From Clostridia bacterium (GTDB taxonomy: Bacteria > Bacillota > Clostridia > Oscillospirales > Acutalibacteraceae): a stretch of DNA of 64,000 bases. The translations under genes and the position numbers were made by a program. This document shows, piece by piece, positions 40,847-51,098 of the stretch. The notes beneath the pieces are model-generated. The model was not told the origin of the DNA and ran no database searches. It was given only the letters and a program-made list of their open reading frames with translations. Position 1 is the stretch's first letter, and each line of letters starts with the position of its first letter. The stretch spans positions 729 to 64,728 of the forward strand of contig JAFXBG010000006.1 in the NCBI GenBank assembly GCA_017521925.1. The letters run 5' to 3'.

Positions 40847-41254
40847 TTACTTTTTCTCCAAAGCTTCGTTGGCTTTCTTGGCATTTATCTTCATACTTAT
40901 CATTCCTGCTACAATAATCACAGCATAAATCACAATAAACACAGGAACTACAGCTAAAACAATCTCAAAAAAGTTATCGCCATAACCTATTATTGCACAA
41001 GCACCCAGAGTAACCGCAAGACAACCCGCACAGTGCAGAATTTTTGCAATAAGAGGAGATATCTTTTCATTACCAAAGGTAAATACAGTAAGCACACCAA
41101 AAATAGCCGATGCAACAGTCCAGACCATAAACTCAAAAATAACAGGGTTAAAACCGCCTATAACAGTTGCACAAATAATGGTAATCGGAATTCCTATGCC
41201 GATACCTGTAAGTGAAGCCAATAAAAGCTTTGTAAACATATTCTGATTTTTCAT
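40847..41254 (-). CDS. DUF3021-like four-TM partner of a LytTR regulator
   Basis: Four TM helices, conserved-looking LH, F..IY..I, basic tail; directly follows the LytTR gene. Confidence 0.7.
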   Translation of the reverse strand: MKNQNMFTKLLLASLTGIGIGIPITIICATVIGGFNPVIFEFMVWTVASAIFGVLTVFTFGNEKISPLIAKILHCAGCLAVTLGACAIIGYGDNFFEIVLAVVPVFIVIYAVIIVAGMISMKINAKKANEALEKK

Positions 41255-41270
41255 AACATAATCTCCCAAA

Positions 41271-41711
41271 TTAAATTTTACTTTTAAACTCTTTAAAAAA
41301 TTTGCGTGAAATTGTAAGTATTTCTTTGCCTTGCTTTAAACGCAGGCTGTAATTACCCGAAAATTCCGCCTGAACCGACTTTACAAAATCAATATTAACC
41401 AGGGTACCCTTGTTTATCTGGGCAAAAGGCTCGCTTATGAGTGCCTCTTTAAGCTCATAAAGCTTTTTCTTTGAGTCATAAATACCCGAAACCGTAACAG
41501 CCTCAACCTTATTGCCTTTAGCTTCAATATAAATAACCTCTGAGGGCGAAATCAAAAACTGCTCATCTTCTTTAAAAAGCATCAGTTTCTTGGTGTTACT
41601 GCTTAAATTTTTGACATAATCAAGTATTGCCGCTACCTCCTGAGATGCAATATCTCCGCGGATTATAACCTCGGTTTCGGCAATATTAGCCGATTCAAAA
41701 TTAATCTTCAT
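41271..41711 (-). CDS. LytTR DNA-binding protein lacking a receiver domain
   Basis: IYIEA, LYELKE.L..FAQINKGTLVN, LTISRKF. Confidence 0.9.
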   Translation of the reverse strand: MKINFESANIAETEVIIRGDIASQEVAAILDYVKNLSSNTKKLMLFKEDEQFLISPSEVIYIEAKGNKVEAVTVSGIYDSKKKLYELKEALISEPFAQINKGTLVNIDFVKSVQAEFSGNYSLRLKQGKEILTISRKFFKEFKSKI

Positions 41712-41740
41712 TTAATAACCTCCAATAAGGAAATTATACC

Positions 41741-42787
41741 TTATTTAAAATCAAAGCTCAAGGGTGCATAAAAATCTCTTCTATTGTAAAAATCAAGAGT
41801 CATATTCTGTTTATCGTAAACAATGCTCCACTGAGTCTCACCCTCATAAGACACGCTTTTCATACAGTCCGCCATTGACTCTTTGCTGTTTACACTATTT
41901 TTCATACCTTCAATTTTTTCAAAACGTTTATGGGATTCTTCATTTCCCACACCAAATTTTTCACCCTCAGCAAGATAATGATTTGTAACTATGTCGGTTT
42001 CTGTAACAATCATCTCACCATTTACATACTCCACAACTACAGAGTTACCCTCTCTGTCGCTTATGGCAAGGTGGTGAGCCATACCGATAGAAGAATTCAT
42101 ATCGTACTCTTCTAAAAGCTTTACAGCTTCTTCTACGTTTGCGGCTTTGTCAAGCAAAAGTCTGATTGCAGAAGTTGTGGTAAGGTCGGCTTTATCTGTG
42201 TTCTGCTTTGTTACTTCGCTGTCGCCTGCAATAAGGTCAGCAACACAAAGTCCCTTTTCGTTCATACCGTCAAGAGGAACGTAAATTGCGGCTATTGACA
42301 TATATTTGCTCCTATAATCCTCAGGAGCAAAACCCTCGCCAAAACCTAAGAAATCAAGCCACGTAGTAGAGTATGACTCATATCCGTCATCGGGGTCGGT
42401 GTGGATAATCATTGCGTTGCCCTTTTCTCCCTGCCAGTCGTAATTTCTGCCCATAAGGCTATAGTCCCCGCCCTTTACACTAAGTGCACTGCAGCCAAAG
42501 TCAAGGGCTACCTCCTCAGTATCAAGCTTTACAAAACCGCCCGACATCATAAAAACAATGTAGTTTGCCATTTCTTCTTCAGAAGCCGCTCCGCCTTCAC
42601 TTAAAAATTTTTCAAAGCCGTAGTCTCCCTTATACTCCATATAATAAAGATTATCGGCTAACTTCTTCACGCTTCCTGCGGCACTTAATTTGTCAGCAAA
42701 AACGTACCATCCCAGGCCTGCTGCAGCAAGGGCAGTCAAAAGAATTGCCGAAACAACTATAAGTAAGATTTTAACAGATTTTTTCAT
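41741..42787 (-). CDS. Membrane-anchored Ntn hydrolase (choloylglycine hydrolase/peptidase C45-like)
   Basis: N-terminal TM helix, GCS nucleophile site, GRNYDW, DGMNEKGL, VTNH, TQWS. Confidence 0.85.
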   Translation of the reverse strand: MKKSVKILLIVVSAILLTALAAAGLGWYVFADKLSAAGSVKKLADNLYYMEYKGDYGFEKFLSEGGAASEEEMANYIVFMMSGGFVKLDTEEVALDFGCSALSVKGGDYSLMGRNYDWQGEKGNAMIIHTDPDDGYESYSTTWLDFLGFGEGFAPEDYRSKYMSIAAIYVPLDGMNEKGLCVADLIAGDSEVTKQNTDKADLTTTSAIRLLLDKAANVEEAVKLLEEYDMNSSIGMAHHLAISDREGNSVVVEYVNGEMIVTETDIVTNHYLAEGEKFGVGNEESHKRFEKIEGMKNSVNSKESMADCMKSVSYEGETQWSIVYDKQNMTLDFYNRRDFYAPLSFDFK

Positions 42788-42805
42788 AATAGTTTTCTCC
42801 TTTAA

Positions 42806-43003
42806 TTACTCTTTGTCTTTTCCGCTCATCAACGCCGCAATTCCTGAACCTGCAAGACCGATACCCAAAAGCATAACGGCTGACTCTGCATCGATTTTAC
42901 CCATAATGCTCATTGCTACCACAGCCACACCCATTGCTGTGGCTACTGCCTTAAATACAAGCTTAACAAAGCCGTAAAGCTTTTTTAGTGTTTCATTTTT
43001 CAT
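42806..43003 (-). CDS. Small hydrophobic two-helix protein (65 aa)
   Basis: GGAGG RBS before ATG 43003; MKNETLKKLYGFVKLVFKAVATAMGVAVVAMSIMGK... Confidence 0.7.
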   Translation of the reverse strand: MKNETLKKLYGFVKLVFKAVATAMGVAVVAMSIMGKIDAESAVMLLGIGLAGSGIAALMSGKDKE

Positions 43004-43333
43004 ATAATAAACCTCCAAAAATTCTCGGTTCCCGTGGGAACTGTCATTAGTATACATAAAGATTTCGGACTTGTCCTGCAAATTAAAGTGAGAGGTTGTT
43101 TTTTGAGGATAAGTTGCAATTTTTCTGACATAAAACACTGTAACGTCTTAATATATTCTGCATATTATGAAGTAAGTCTAATGTAAAGGAGAAATAAAAT
43201 GGATTTTTCGGATATGAAAACAAAAATATATTCGCAGAACACTTTGTTATTGTTCAAATCCAGTAAAATATCAATATACAGAAAGACTGCTCTTAAGGTT
43301 ACCCTCAGGAGCAGTCTGTTGTTTTTATTAAAT

Positions 43334-44983
43334 TTAAGATTTTGCTGTTTCCATCAGCTTTGCAAAGGCAAGGTCGGCGCTTACAAAGTAGCTGTCCTCA
43401 CCTACAAGAGAAGTTACCCCTGCACGGTCCAAGGTTAATTTAGCACGGCTTGTCATACCGCAGAACATAACCGTAACACCTTTTTCCTTTAAACTCTCTA
43501 CCGTTTCAAGCACAACCTTTGCACCTGCTACGTCGATATTAGGCACACCACGCATAGAAAGAAGCAAAGTATGGCTCTCATCTTTAATTTCTTCAAGCTG
43601 AGCCTCAAGTTTAGAAGCAGATGCAAAATAAAGAGGACCTGTTACATAAGCTACCTGAACGCCCTTGAAATCTTCCTCAGAACAGTCGATTTTTCCCTTT
43701 AATTTCTCAGGGTCAACATCTGAAAAATGCACAGAAACGTGAGCTGACTGAGCCATATACATAATTGCAGAGTAAAGCACACCTAAAACAATTGCAATGG
43801 TCAAATCGAAAACTACCGTGCAAATCATTGTAAGCAGGAACTGGCTGATAGAAGTCTTGAACTTGTGTTTAAAGATAAACTTAATGTCGTCCCACTCGTT
43901 CATCTTAAAAGCTGTAACCATAAGTACAGCAGCTAAAGCTGAAAGAGGAATTTTTGACATTACACCGCCCAAAAGGAACATTGCCGCCAAAAGGAAAACC
44001 GAGTGAAAAACACTTGTAAGTCTTGTCTGCTCGCCTGATTTAATCGCAACGGAAGTTCTTGCAATAGCCGCAGTAGCAGGCACACCGCCAAGTAAAGGCA
44101 AAATCATATTGCCCACACCCTGAGCAACTAACTCGCGGTCGGCGTCAAAAGGCTCTTTCTTCATACGGGACGCTGAAGCACCGCAAAGAAGGCTTTCAAT
44201 AATAGCCAATGCCGCAATAGTAAAGATAGGAGATGCCAGATTCTTAATCATATCGAGGTTAACACCCTCAAGTGAAAGCCTGTCTGAAAGGAAAAGCGTC
44301 TTTGGAATATCGCCTACAATAGCCACATCAAAACCGAAAATAATCTGAACCACAGTTGCAAGAACAATAGCAACCAAAGAAGCAGGCACTCTCATACCCC
44401 ACTTTTTAGGCCAGACAATCATAACCGCCATAGAGCCTAAAGCAATCAACGTGGTAGTAAGGTCGGGGGTAAAACCAAGTCTGAAGTAAGAAGCTACCTT
44501 ATCAATAATACCTGTGCCCTCGCTTACTGTGCCGAAGAAATTATCAACCTGCCCCATAGCAATTGTAATGGCAATGCCCGAGGTAAAGCCCATAATAACC
44601 GACGACGGAATAAAGCTTATTAATCTTCCCAGCTTAAAAATACCGCACAAAAGCATAATTACACCTGCTAAGAAGCAAGCTATAAAAACGCCCTTAAGCT
44701 CGTAAGTCATAACAATGGAAATCAGCACCGCACTCATAGCACCTGTAGGACCTGAAATCTGGTAAGATGCACCCGAAAGCATACCTATAACAATACCTGC
44801 CACAATGGCAGTAACCATACCTGCTGCCGCAGTTGCACCGCCACTTACACCAAAAGCCAGAGCCAGAGGCAACGCCACAGCACAGACAGTCAGACCTGCG
44901 GTAAGGTCTTTTGTAAACTTTTGCACATTGTAACCCTTAAACTCTGTTTTAAGGTCACTTATGTACTTTTTAACCATACCCAT
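43334..44983 (-). CDS. SulP/SLC26 anion transporter with STAS domain
   Basis: DLTAGLTV..VALPLALAF, ISGPTGA, ELVAQG.GN, GPLYFAS, ID. Confidence 0.93.
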   Translation of the reverse strand: MGMVKKYISDLKTEFKGYNVQKFTKDLTAGLTVCAVALPLALAFGVSGGATAAAGMVTAIVAGIVIGMLSGASYQISGPTGAMSAVLISIVMTYELKGVFIACFLAGVIMLLCGIFKLGRLISFIPSSVIMGFTSGIAITIAMGQVDNFFGTVSEGTGIIDKVASYFRLGFTPDLTTTLIALGSMAVMIVWPKKWGMRVPASLVAIVLATVVQIIFGFDVAIVGDIPKTLFLSDRLSLEGVNLDMIKNLASPIFTIAALAIIESLLCGASASRMKKEPFDADRELVAQGVGNMILPLLGGVPATAAIARTSVAIKSGEQTRLTSVFHSVFLLAAMFLLGGVMSKIPLSALAAVLMVTAFKMNEWDDIKFIFKHKFKTSISQFLLTMICTVVFDLTIAIVLGVLYSAIMYMAQSAHVSVHFSDVDPEKLKGKIDCSEEDFKGVQVAYVTGPLYFASASKLEAQLEEIKDESHTLLLSMRGVPNIDVAGAKVVLETVESLKEKGVTVMFCGMTSRAKLTLDRAGVTSLVGEDSYFVSADLAFAKLMETAKS

Positions 44984-45175
44984 ATAAAACCCTCATTCTT
45001 AATAAAAAATCTACAGGCTGATTATAACAAATTTTTAAATTAATTTCAGCATTTTTCACCAATTTGCCTGTAGAACATTTATAGAGTGAGGGTTTTAATT
45101 TTATATATTTTTCATAATATAAAAGATAATATAAACAAAAATAGCCTTACTGACTTAAAGTAAGGCTACAAGTTT

Positions 45176-45925
45176 TTATTCTTTATTTTTAAGCTTCTTA
45201 ATTCCCTCAACTATACAGTAGAAAACAGGGATTGTAAGCAAAATAAGCCATGTGGGATGCCAGATGTGCGTAAACATCCCTACCGAGAGGTAAGCACCTA
45301 CTGCAACTACAGGAAATGCAAACTTTCCTATATTTTTATCTCTGATTGCCTCAATAAGAGAATAGTAAACAGGAACAAGGAAGAATATAAGCCATGCAGT
45401 TGTCCATCCGCCCCAGATTCCTGAAAATCCCCAACCAAGGAAAAGTGCAGTAATTATAACAGGAAAAGGCATATAAAGCCAGAAGTAATAGGCAGGCCTT
45501 ATATCGTGTTTCTCACCTTTGTCGTCAACATAATACTTCTCGTCGCCGATAATGTGAACCTTTTCCTCGCCTTTTGACACAATGTGTACACCATCTTTAA
45601 AGGAAACATTCACCCTGTCGCCTTCTTTTGTATTTACGTGGATTCCGTCTTTAAAGCTTACGTGAACCTCGTCTTTTTTAGGCAAAGCTTCTTCGGGTTC
45701 TTCCTGACTTTCTTCTTTAGAAGTTTTAAGTCCCAGCATTTCGTCTAAAGAAACACCGTAAAGCTCTGCAAGCATTACTAAATTATCTGTATCAGGGGAA
45801 GCCTCGCTTCTTTCCCATTTAGAAACAGCCTGACGCGAAACGCCGATTTTTTCTGCAAGTTCTTCCTGAGAGAAACCCGCCTGTTTTCTATACTGTAATA
45901 ATCTGTTTGCGGTTTCAATGTTCAT
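45176..45925 (-). CDS. XRE-family HTH regulator fused to a C-terminal membrane domain
   Basis: SQEELAEKIGVSRQAVSKWE...PD; C-terminal TM helices with WHPTWL; start at MNIETANR. Confidence 0.88.
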   Translation of the reverse strand: MNIETANRLLQYRKQAGFSQEELAEKIGVSRQAVSKWERSEASPDTDNLVMLAELYGVSLDEMLGLKTSKEESQEEPEEALPKKDEVHVSFKDGIHVNTKEGDRVNVSFKDGVHIVSKGEEKVHIIGDEKYYVDDKGEKHDIRPAYYFWLYMPFPVIITALFLGWGFSGIWGGWTTAWLIFFLVPVYYSLIEAIRDKNIGKFAFPVVAVGAYLSVGMFTHIWHPTWLILLTIPVFYCIVEGIKKLKNKE

Positions 45926-46007
45926 AATTTTAACCTCGTCTTTCATTTTTGGTTCGGGCAAATACTACCCCAAACACCCAAAAATGACCATACATTTTAG
46001 TTTTCAT

Positions 46008-46030
46008 GGTCGCAACTATCAGTTGCGACC
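46008..46030. promoter_or_regulatory. Perfect inverted repeat upstream of the XRE gene; candidate operator
   Basis: GGTCGCAACT-ATC-AGTTGCGACC with no adjacent U tract. Confidence 0.45.
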
Positions 46031-46097
46031 GCTTGCCGCGGTGGGCAAATCGCCTTTGTAGAGGGATTTTTCAGAGTAAACCTTCATAGACGGCGGA
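46031..46097. repeat. ~68-nt dispersed repeat, copy E (diverged)
   Basis: GCTTGCCGCGGTGGGCAAATCGCCTTTGTAGAGGG...AACCTTCATAGACGGCGGA. Confidence 0.72.
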
Positions 46098-46166
46098 TTA
46101 ATTATTTATATAAATGTTTAGGGAAGGGTGAACCCCCTCCCCTATAGTATCTGTTAAATCCTTTAG

Positions 46167-47669
46167 TTAGATGTCCAGTCCTTCGCACTCTTTAAGGAAG
46201 CCCATAAGCTTATTGAGGATAACCTCAACTCCGCCCTCGGTGTTGCTTTCGATATTAAGAGGCATAATGGGGTCGTGAACAGAAAGTCTGAGTAAGAACC
46301 AGCCGTCGCCGTCATTCTTGCCAAAAGATACTCTGATACCCTCGCGGTTATCGTCGGCAACCTTCCAGGTGTCCTGAGCCTCAGCGTAAGCTGTAAGCTT
46401 TTCGATAACGCTCTTGCCGTATGCGGCAAAGTCAGCTTCTTTAATCTTAATACGGATTTCCTTTTCCTCTTTGCACTCCTTAAGGTCGGCAATCAAATCG
46501 GAAATATCCTTGCCCTCACGTCTTAACTGTGCCATTTTGATGATAATTTTTGTGCAAAGGTAAGCACCGTCATCAAGGAAATAGTTTTCTTTCATTGCGG
46601 CATGGCCTGAAGTCTCAATAGCCAAGGGACAGCAAATTCCCTGAGCCTCTAACTCCTGAGCTTTGTCGATAACATTCTTGTATCCGCGGCGGTATCTGTA
46701 ATGCTTACCGCCTAATGTCTTTTCGATAAACTCCTTAAGTCCGTCGGAAGTAATGGAGTCGGTAACAATTGTACCGCCCTCATTCCCCTCAAGAGCAATG
46801 GCAGAAGCCAATGCAACAAGGCGGTTACGGTTAATCTCCGCTCCCTTACTGTCAACAGCGGCACCGCGGTCAACGTCAGTATCAAAAATTACACCAAGGT
46901 CTGCACCGCTTTCTAAAACCGCCTCGGAAATTGCCGCCATAGCCACCTTATCCTCAGGATTGGGAACGTGATTGGGGAACATTCCGTCGGGGTCAAGGTA
47001 ACGTGAACCTGTAGTATCGGCACCAAGCACCTTAAGCACCTTGTCAGCATAGAAACCGCCAACACCGTTACCTGCATCAACGCAGATATGAAGTCCCTTT
47101 AAGGGCATATCGTAATCCTCGGCGTTAACACCTTTTTTGATAATGTCGCAGAGAATTTCTGCGTATCTGTCCATAAAGTTAACTTTCTTCATCAGGCCGT
47201 TAAGTGCATCCTGGGGTGTAAGACCTGCCTGAGCATACTCTAAAATCTCGGTGATGTCACTTCCCTCAAGACCGCCCTGACGTGTGAAGAACTTAAGACC
47301 GTTTCTGTTAAAGGGGTGGTGGCTTGCAGTAATCTGCACAGCAGCATCACAGCCTAACTCCACAGTTGTCATAAACATTGAGGGGGTTGTAGCTAAACCG
47401 CAGTCAAGCACCTCAATGCCGTAATCAGAAAGGGTTTTAATAACAATATTTGCAATTCTTTCGCCCGAAATTCTGGAATCCCTGCCTACTGCTACCCTTA
47501 ACTCTGTAATTCTTTTGCTAAGCTTATTACCAAGAAAGCGTGCAAAGCCTGCCGCCATATTGTGGACAACCTCGTCGGTAAGGTTAACAGGCTGACCCTC
47601 TACACCCTCTGAAGCTACACCGCGGATATCGGTTCCGCTTTTAAACTGTTTATAAAAATCGTTTAACAT
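46167..47669 (-). CDS. Phosphomannomutase/phosphoglucomutase
   Basis: GTDIRG, ITASH, FDTDVDR, ETSGH. Confidence 0.92.
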   Translation of the reverse strand: MLNDFYKQFKSGTDIRGVASEGVEGQPVNLTDEVVHNMAAGFARFLGNKLSKRITELRVAVGRDSRISGERIANIVIKTLSDYGIEVLDCGLATTPSMFMTTVELGCDAAVQITASHHPFNRNGLKFFTRQGGLEGSDITEILEYAQAGLTPQDALNGLMKKVNFMDRYAEILCDIIKKGVNAEDYDMPLKGLHICVDAGNGVGGFYADKVLKVLGADTTGSRYLDPDGMFPNHVPNPEDKVAMAAISEAVLESGADLGVIFDTDVDRGAAVDSKGAEINRNRLVALASAIALEGNEGGTIVTDSITSDGLKEFIEKTLGGKHYRYRRGYKNVIDKAQELEAQGICCPLAIETSGHAAMKENYFLDDGAYLCTKIIIKMAQLRREGKDISDLIADLKECKEEKEIRIKIKEADFAAYGKSVIEKLTAYAEAQDTWKVADDNREGIRVSFGKNDGDGWFLLRLSVHDPIMPLNIESNTEGGVEVILNKLMGFLKECEGLDI

Positions 47670-48058
47670 ATAAATACCGCCTTTACATAATATATTTTAA
47701 TTGTAACACAAAGAAATCAAAACATCAATACGGCTTTTAGGCTAAGCCTGCCCCTGGTCATCACCTGTAAAAGACCTACCGCCTTCCTGAGTATCATTAA
47801 TCCAGGATAAATTAAGGACATAAAATGGTTTTTCAATATGTTTTAATCATAAAAAGCGGTAATCATCTCAGATTTGTTGAAAGTCTACAATTATAATTTT
47901 AAAAACTGAAAAATCGGTGCAAAGTTACTAAGGGAAGTTGGTCGAACAACTTTTTGAAAATTTATATGTTGTGCAATTTATACAACTTTACCACCACTTC
48001 ACTATACAACCTTTATACTGTATATAGCGATTTGCACAACCTACAAGGCGGTTTGTTG

Positions 48059-48086
48059 TTGACTTTTACGAAAACTCTGCTATAAT
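48059..48086 (+). promoter_or_regulatory. sigmaA-type promoter
   Basis: TTGACT-16 nt-TATAAT with TGn extension. Confidence 0.7.
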
Positions 48087-48209
48087 AAAAGCATCAGGTC
48101 AGGTCCACCTGATATTGGCGGAATGCAAAATGTTCGTTAGTCCGTCAATCAAAGGATAATGCCAAATGGTAAATGGCAGCACGAAAATATTATAAAGGAG
48201 GAATCTGTA

Positions 48210-48473
48210 ATGACATCTGTCATTAATCTTCACAACATTGATGTAGCTAAGTTCCTCGCCGTGCTTGACACTTGCAAAGGCAATGTCTATCTCGTAACAA
48301 GAGAAGGCGACCACCTTAATCTTAAAAGCAAGCTTTGTCAGCTCATCGGCTTAACCCAGCTTATTGAGGGCGGCAAGATTACTGATGCTTACATTCTTTG
48401 TGACAACAAAGAAGACGAGTCCAAGCTTTTCAGGCTCGACCTCTTTGGCGAATCAGAAACAAAGACTGCATAA
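48210..48473 (+). CDS. Conserved small clostridial hypothetical protein (87 aa)
   Basis: AAGGAGG RBS; F..V.D.CKG.V.LVT.EGD.LNLKSKL.Q motif; terminator at 48529-48558. Confidence 0.8.
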   Translation: MTSVINLHNIDVAKFLAVLDTCKGNVYLVTREGDHLNLKSKLCQLIGLTQLIEGGKITDAYILCDNKEDESKLFRLDLFGESETKTA

Positions 48474-48564
48474 ATTTTTACTTTTGTTTACTTCGTTTTC
48501 ACGTTAATTTCAAAAAATCCTTGCAGAGATGCCGTTGGCTAACGCCGACGGCATTTTTGCGTCC

Positions 48565-48631
48565 GTTAGCCACGGTGGGCAGTTCGCCTTTGGAAAGGAT
48601 AATTTAAAAATAACCTCACATCAACGGCGGG
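48565..48631. repeat. ~68-nt dispersed repeat, copy F
   Basis: GTTAGCCACGGTGGGCAGTTCGCCTTTGGAAAGG...AACCTCACATCAACGGCGGG. Confidence 0.85.
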
Positions 48632-48704
48632 TTGGTTATGTAAAAACAATTACACTTGAAATCATCAATAAAATGTTTTATAATTAACTTTGCCTTTAAT
48701 TGGC

Positions 48705-48742
48705 GGTCAGTTCGCAAAATCCTGACCCAAAATAAAACTACG
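48705..48742 (+). ncRNA. preQ1-I riboswitch
   Basis: Stem GGTCAG/CTGACC, loop TTCGCAAAATC, A-rich tail AAAATAAAACTAC next to the RBS; promoter TTGAAA-17-TATAAT at 48656-48684; upstream of a QueT gene. Confidence 0.85.
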
Positions 48743-48756
48743 AAAGGAAACTTAAT

Positions 48757-49290
48757 ATGCAAAACCGAAAGAAACGTACCTTTTTTCTGGTGGAGGCAGC
48801 GGTTATTGCAGCTCTTTACATTGTGCTTTGCTTTGCTCAGGAGCTTATTCTGCCATCATCTGCCACAGGAGCAATTCAGGTGCGAATTGCTGAGGTGCTG
48901 TCTGTACTGGTATGCTTTACCCCTGCGGCTATTCCAGGCCTTGCGGTGGGGTGCTTTGTTACCAATTTACTTACAGTAGGTGTTATACCCACCGACCTTA
49001 TCTTAGGCACCCTTGCCACACTTTTAGCTTCTCTTACAGGCTACTGCTTAAGAAACGTTAAACTCTTTAAAATCCCCGTACCGACCCTTTTGATGCCTGT
49101 TATTTTTAACGCTGTTATCATCGGATTGGAAATTGAGATTTTCTTTATTGAGGGAGTCTTTACCTTTACAGGCTTTTTAGTTCAGGCTGCTTTGGTAGGA
49201 CTGGGCGAGCTTATAGCCTGCGTAGGTCTTGGTATACCGCTTTACCTTGTACTTAATAAACTTAATGTATTTAATAAATTTAATACCTAA
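48757..49290 (+). CDS. queT: QueT-family queuosine-precursor transporter (ECF S component)
   Basis: AAVIAALY, GAIQVRIAE.L, AIPGL..GC...N, N.VIIGLE, GE. Confidence 0.9.
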   Translation: MQNRKKRTFFLVEAAVIAALYIVLCFAQELILPSSATGAIQVRIAEVLSVLVCFTPAAIPGLAVGCFVTNLLTVGVIPTDLILGTLATLLASLTGYCLRNVKLFKIPVPTLLMPVIFNAVIIGLEIEIFFIEGVFTFTGFLVQAALVGLGELIACVGLGIPLYLVLNKLNVFNKFNT

Positions 49291-49347
49291 ATACAAACCC
49301 CTGCAAAGATACATTATCCTTGCAGGGGCATTTTGTTGCAGTTAAAA

Positions 49348-49659
49348 TCAGTCAGCAAAGTCAAGCTGGTCTTTCCACTTGTTTTTGAAAACCTCGAAAA
49401 CAGCATCTACAAGCTCTTCGTCCTCGATACCCTCGAAGGTTTCGTGCTCGTCGTCAATAGAAACGATTTTAAGGATAAGAACCTCGCCCTCAGCATCTTC
49501 CTCTTCTTCAACGGGCATAAGCACTAGGTACTCTTCGCCTTCATAGTCTACAACGTCAAGATACTCAAACTCTACCTCATTACCAAGGTCATCTTCAAGA
49601 ACAATAATACTGCCCTCTTCTTCCTCGGGGACATTGTTCATAATCATATCTTCAGCCAT
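49348..49659 (-). CDS. DUF1292-family acidic protein
   Basis: I.LEDD.GNEVEFE.LD...Y.GEEYLVL.P, V.ILKI, VFEVF. Confidence 0.85.
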   Translation of the reverse strand: MAEDMIMNNVPEEEEGSIIVLEDDLGNEVEFEYLDVVDYEGEEYLVLMPVEEEEDAEGEVLILKIVSIDDEHETFEGIEDEELVDAVFEVFKNKWKDQLDFAD

Positions 49660-49738
49660 TTTAAATTCTCCTTTTCTAAAGTATAGTAATACAATACACT
49701 ATTTCAGCGTAAAAAGCAACATAAAAATGAAAATCCTA

Positions 49739-49806
49739 CCCGCCGTTGATGAACTACATCTCAAAAACAAGCCTTTCCAAAGGCAAAAGGTCCTCAGGTG
49801 GCTAAC
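49739..49806. repeat. ~68-nt dispersed repeat, copy G
   Basis: CCCGCCGTTGATGAAC...GCCTTTCCAAAGGCAAAAGGTCCTCAGGTGGCTAAC. Confidence 0.82.
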
Positions 49807-49810
49807 CTGC

Positions 49811-49842
49811 AAAAAAGCCGACCCCAAAAGGAGTCGGCTTTT
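49811..49842 (-). terminator. Intrinsic terminator after tuf
   Basis: AAAAAAGCCGACCCC-AAAA-GGAGTCGGCTTTT. Confidence 0.8.
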
Positions 49843-49895
49843 AAAGCTTTGATATTGGTTTTCGTAATCAGGATAATAACCCTAAGTTACTGAAA

Positions 49896-51098
49896 TTACT
49901 CGTTGATAGCGATAACTGCGCCTGAACCAACTGTTCTACCACCCTCACGGATAGCGAAACGGAGACCAACCTCGATAGCGATAGGTGTGATGAGCTCAAC
50001 GTCCATCTCTACGTTATCGCCAGGCATGCACATCTCTGTGCCCTCGGGAAGGGTGATTGTACCTGTAACGTCTGTTGTTCTGAAGTAGAACTGGGGACGG
50101 TAGTTGTTGAAGAAGGGAGTATGACGGCCGCCTTCGTCCTTAGTAAGAACGTAAACCTGACCACGGAACTTTGTGTGGGGGTTGATGGAGCCGGGCTTTG
50201 CGAGAACCTGACCACGCTCGATCTCGGATCTCTGAACACCTCTGAGGAGAACACCTACGTTCTCACCAGCCTCAGCGAAGTCGAGGGACTTTCTGAACAT
50301 CTCAAGACCGGTTACAACAACCTTACGTCTCTCGTCTGTAAGACCAACGATTTCAACTTCTTCCTGAGTCTTAACTGTACCTCTCTCAACTCTACCAGTT
50401 GCAACAGTACCACGACCTGTGATTGTGAATACGTCCTCAACGGGCATAAGGAAGGGAAGGTCAGACTTTCTCTCGGGAGTGGGGATGAAGCTGTCAACAG
50501 CATCCATAAGCTCGTGGATGCAAGCATACTCAGGAGCAGAAGGATCCTTAGAAGCACTGTCAAGTGCCTGGAAAGCAGAACCCTTGATAATGGGTGTGTC
50601 GTCGCCGGGGAACTCGTACTCTGTGAGGAGGTCACGGATCTCCATCTCAACGAGCTCGAGAAGCTCTTCGTCGTCAACCTGGTCGCACTTGTTCATGAAT
50701 ACTACGATGTAGGGAACGCCAACCTGACGGGAGAGAAGGATGTGCTCTCTTGTCTGGGGCATAGGACCGTCAGCAGCGGATACTACGAGGATAGCACCGT
50801 CCATCTGAGCAGCACCTGTGATCATGTTCTTAACGTAGTCAGCATGGCCGGGGCAGTCAACGTGTGCATAGTGACGGTTAGCTGTCTGATACTCAACGTG
50901 AGCTGTGTTGATTGTGATACCACGCTCTCTCTCTTCGGGAGCCTTATCGATGTTAGCGTAATCAACGAACTCTGCGTCGCCGCCGAGGTTGAGAACCTTT
51001 GTGATAGCAGCTGTAAGAGTTGTCTTACCGTGGTCAACGTGACCGATTGTGCCGATATTAATATGGGGCTTACTTCTTTCAAACTTTTCTCTTGCCAT
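49896..51098 (-). CDS. tuf: Elongation factor Tu
   Basis: [37 protein letters not shown]. Confidence 0.99.
   Translation of the reverse strand: MAREKFERSKPHINIGTIGHVDHGKTTLTAAITKVLNLGGDAEFVDYANIDKAPEERERGITINTAHVEYQTANRHYAHVDCPGHADYVKNMITGAAQMDGAILVVSAADGPMPQTREHILLSRQVGVPYIVVFMNKCDQVDDEELLELVEMEIRDLLTEYEFPGDDTPIIKGSAFQALDSASKDPSAPEYACIHELMDAVDSFIPTPERKSDLPFLMPVEDVFTITGRGTVATGRVERGTVKTQEEVEIVGLTDERRKVVVTGLEMFRKSLDFAEAGENVGVLLRGVQRSEIERGQVLAKPGSINPHTKFRGQVYVLTKDEGGRHTPFFNNYRPQFYFRTTDVTGTITLPEGTEMCMPGDNVEMDVELITPIAIEVGLRFAIREGGRTVGSGAVIAINE

Noticed and set aside
43092-43118. GAGGTTGTT/TAAGTTGCA as LytTR direct repeats
   Set aside because: Poor match and 18-nt period rather than the usual ~21; too weak to call.
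48093-48178. ZTP or c-di-GMP riboswitch, from TGGCGGAA and GCAAAA
   Set aside because: The ZTP 3' CGCCTGGGC element and the c-di-GMP-I two-stem consensus are absent.
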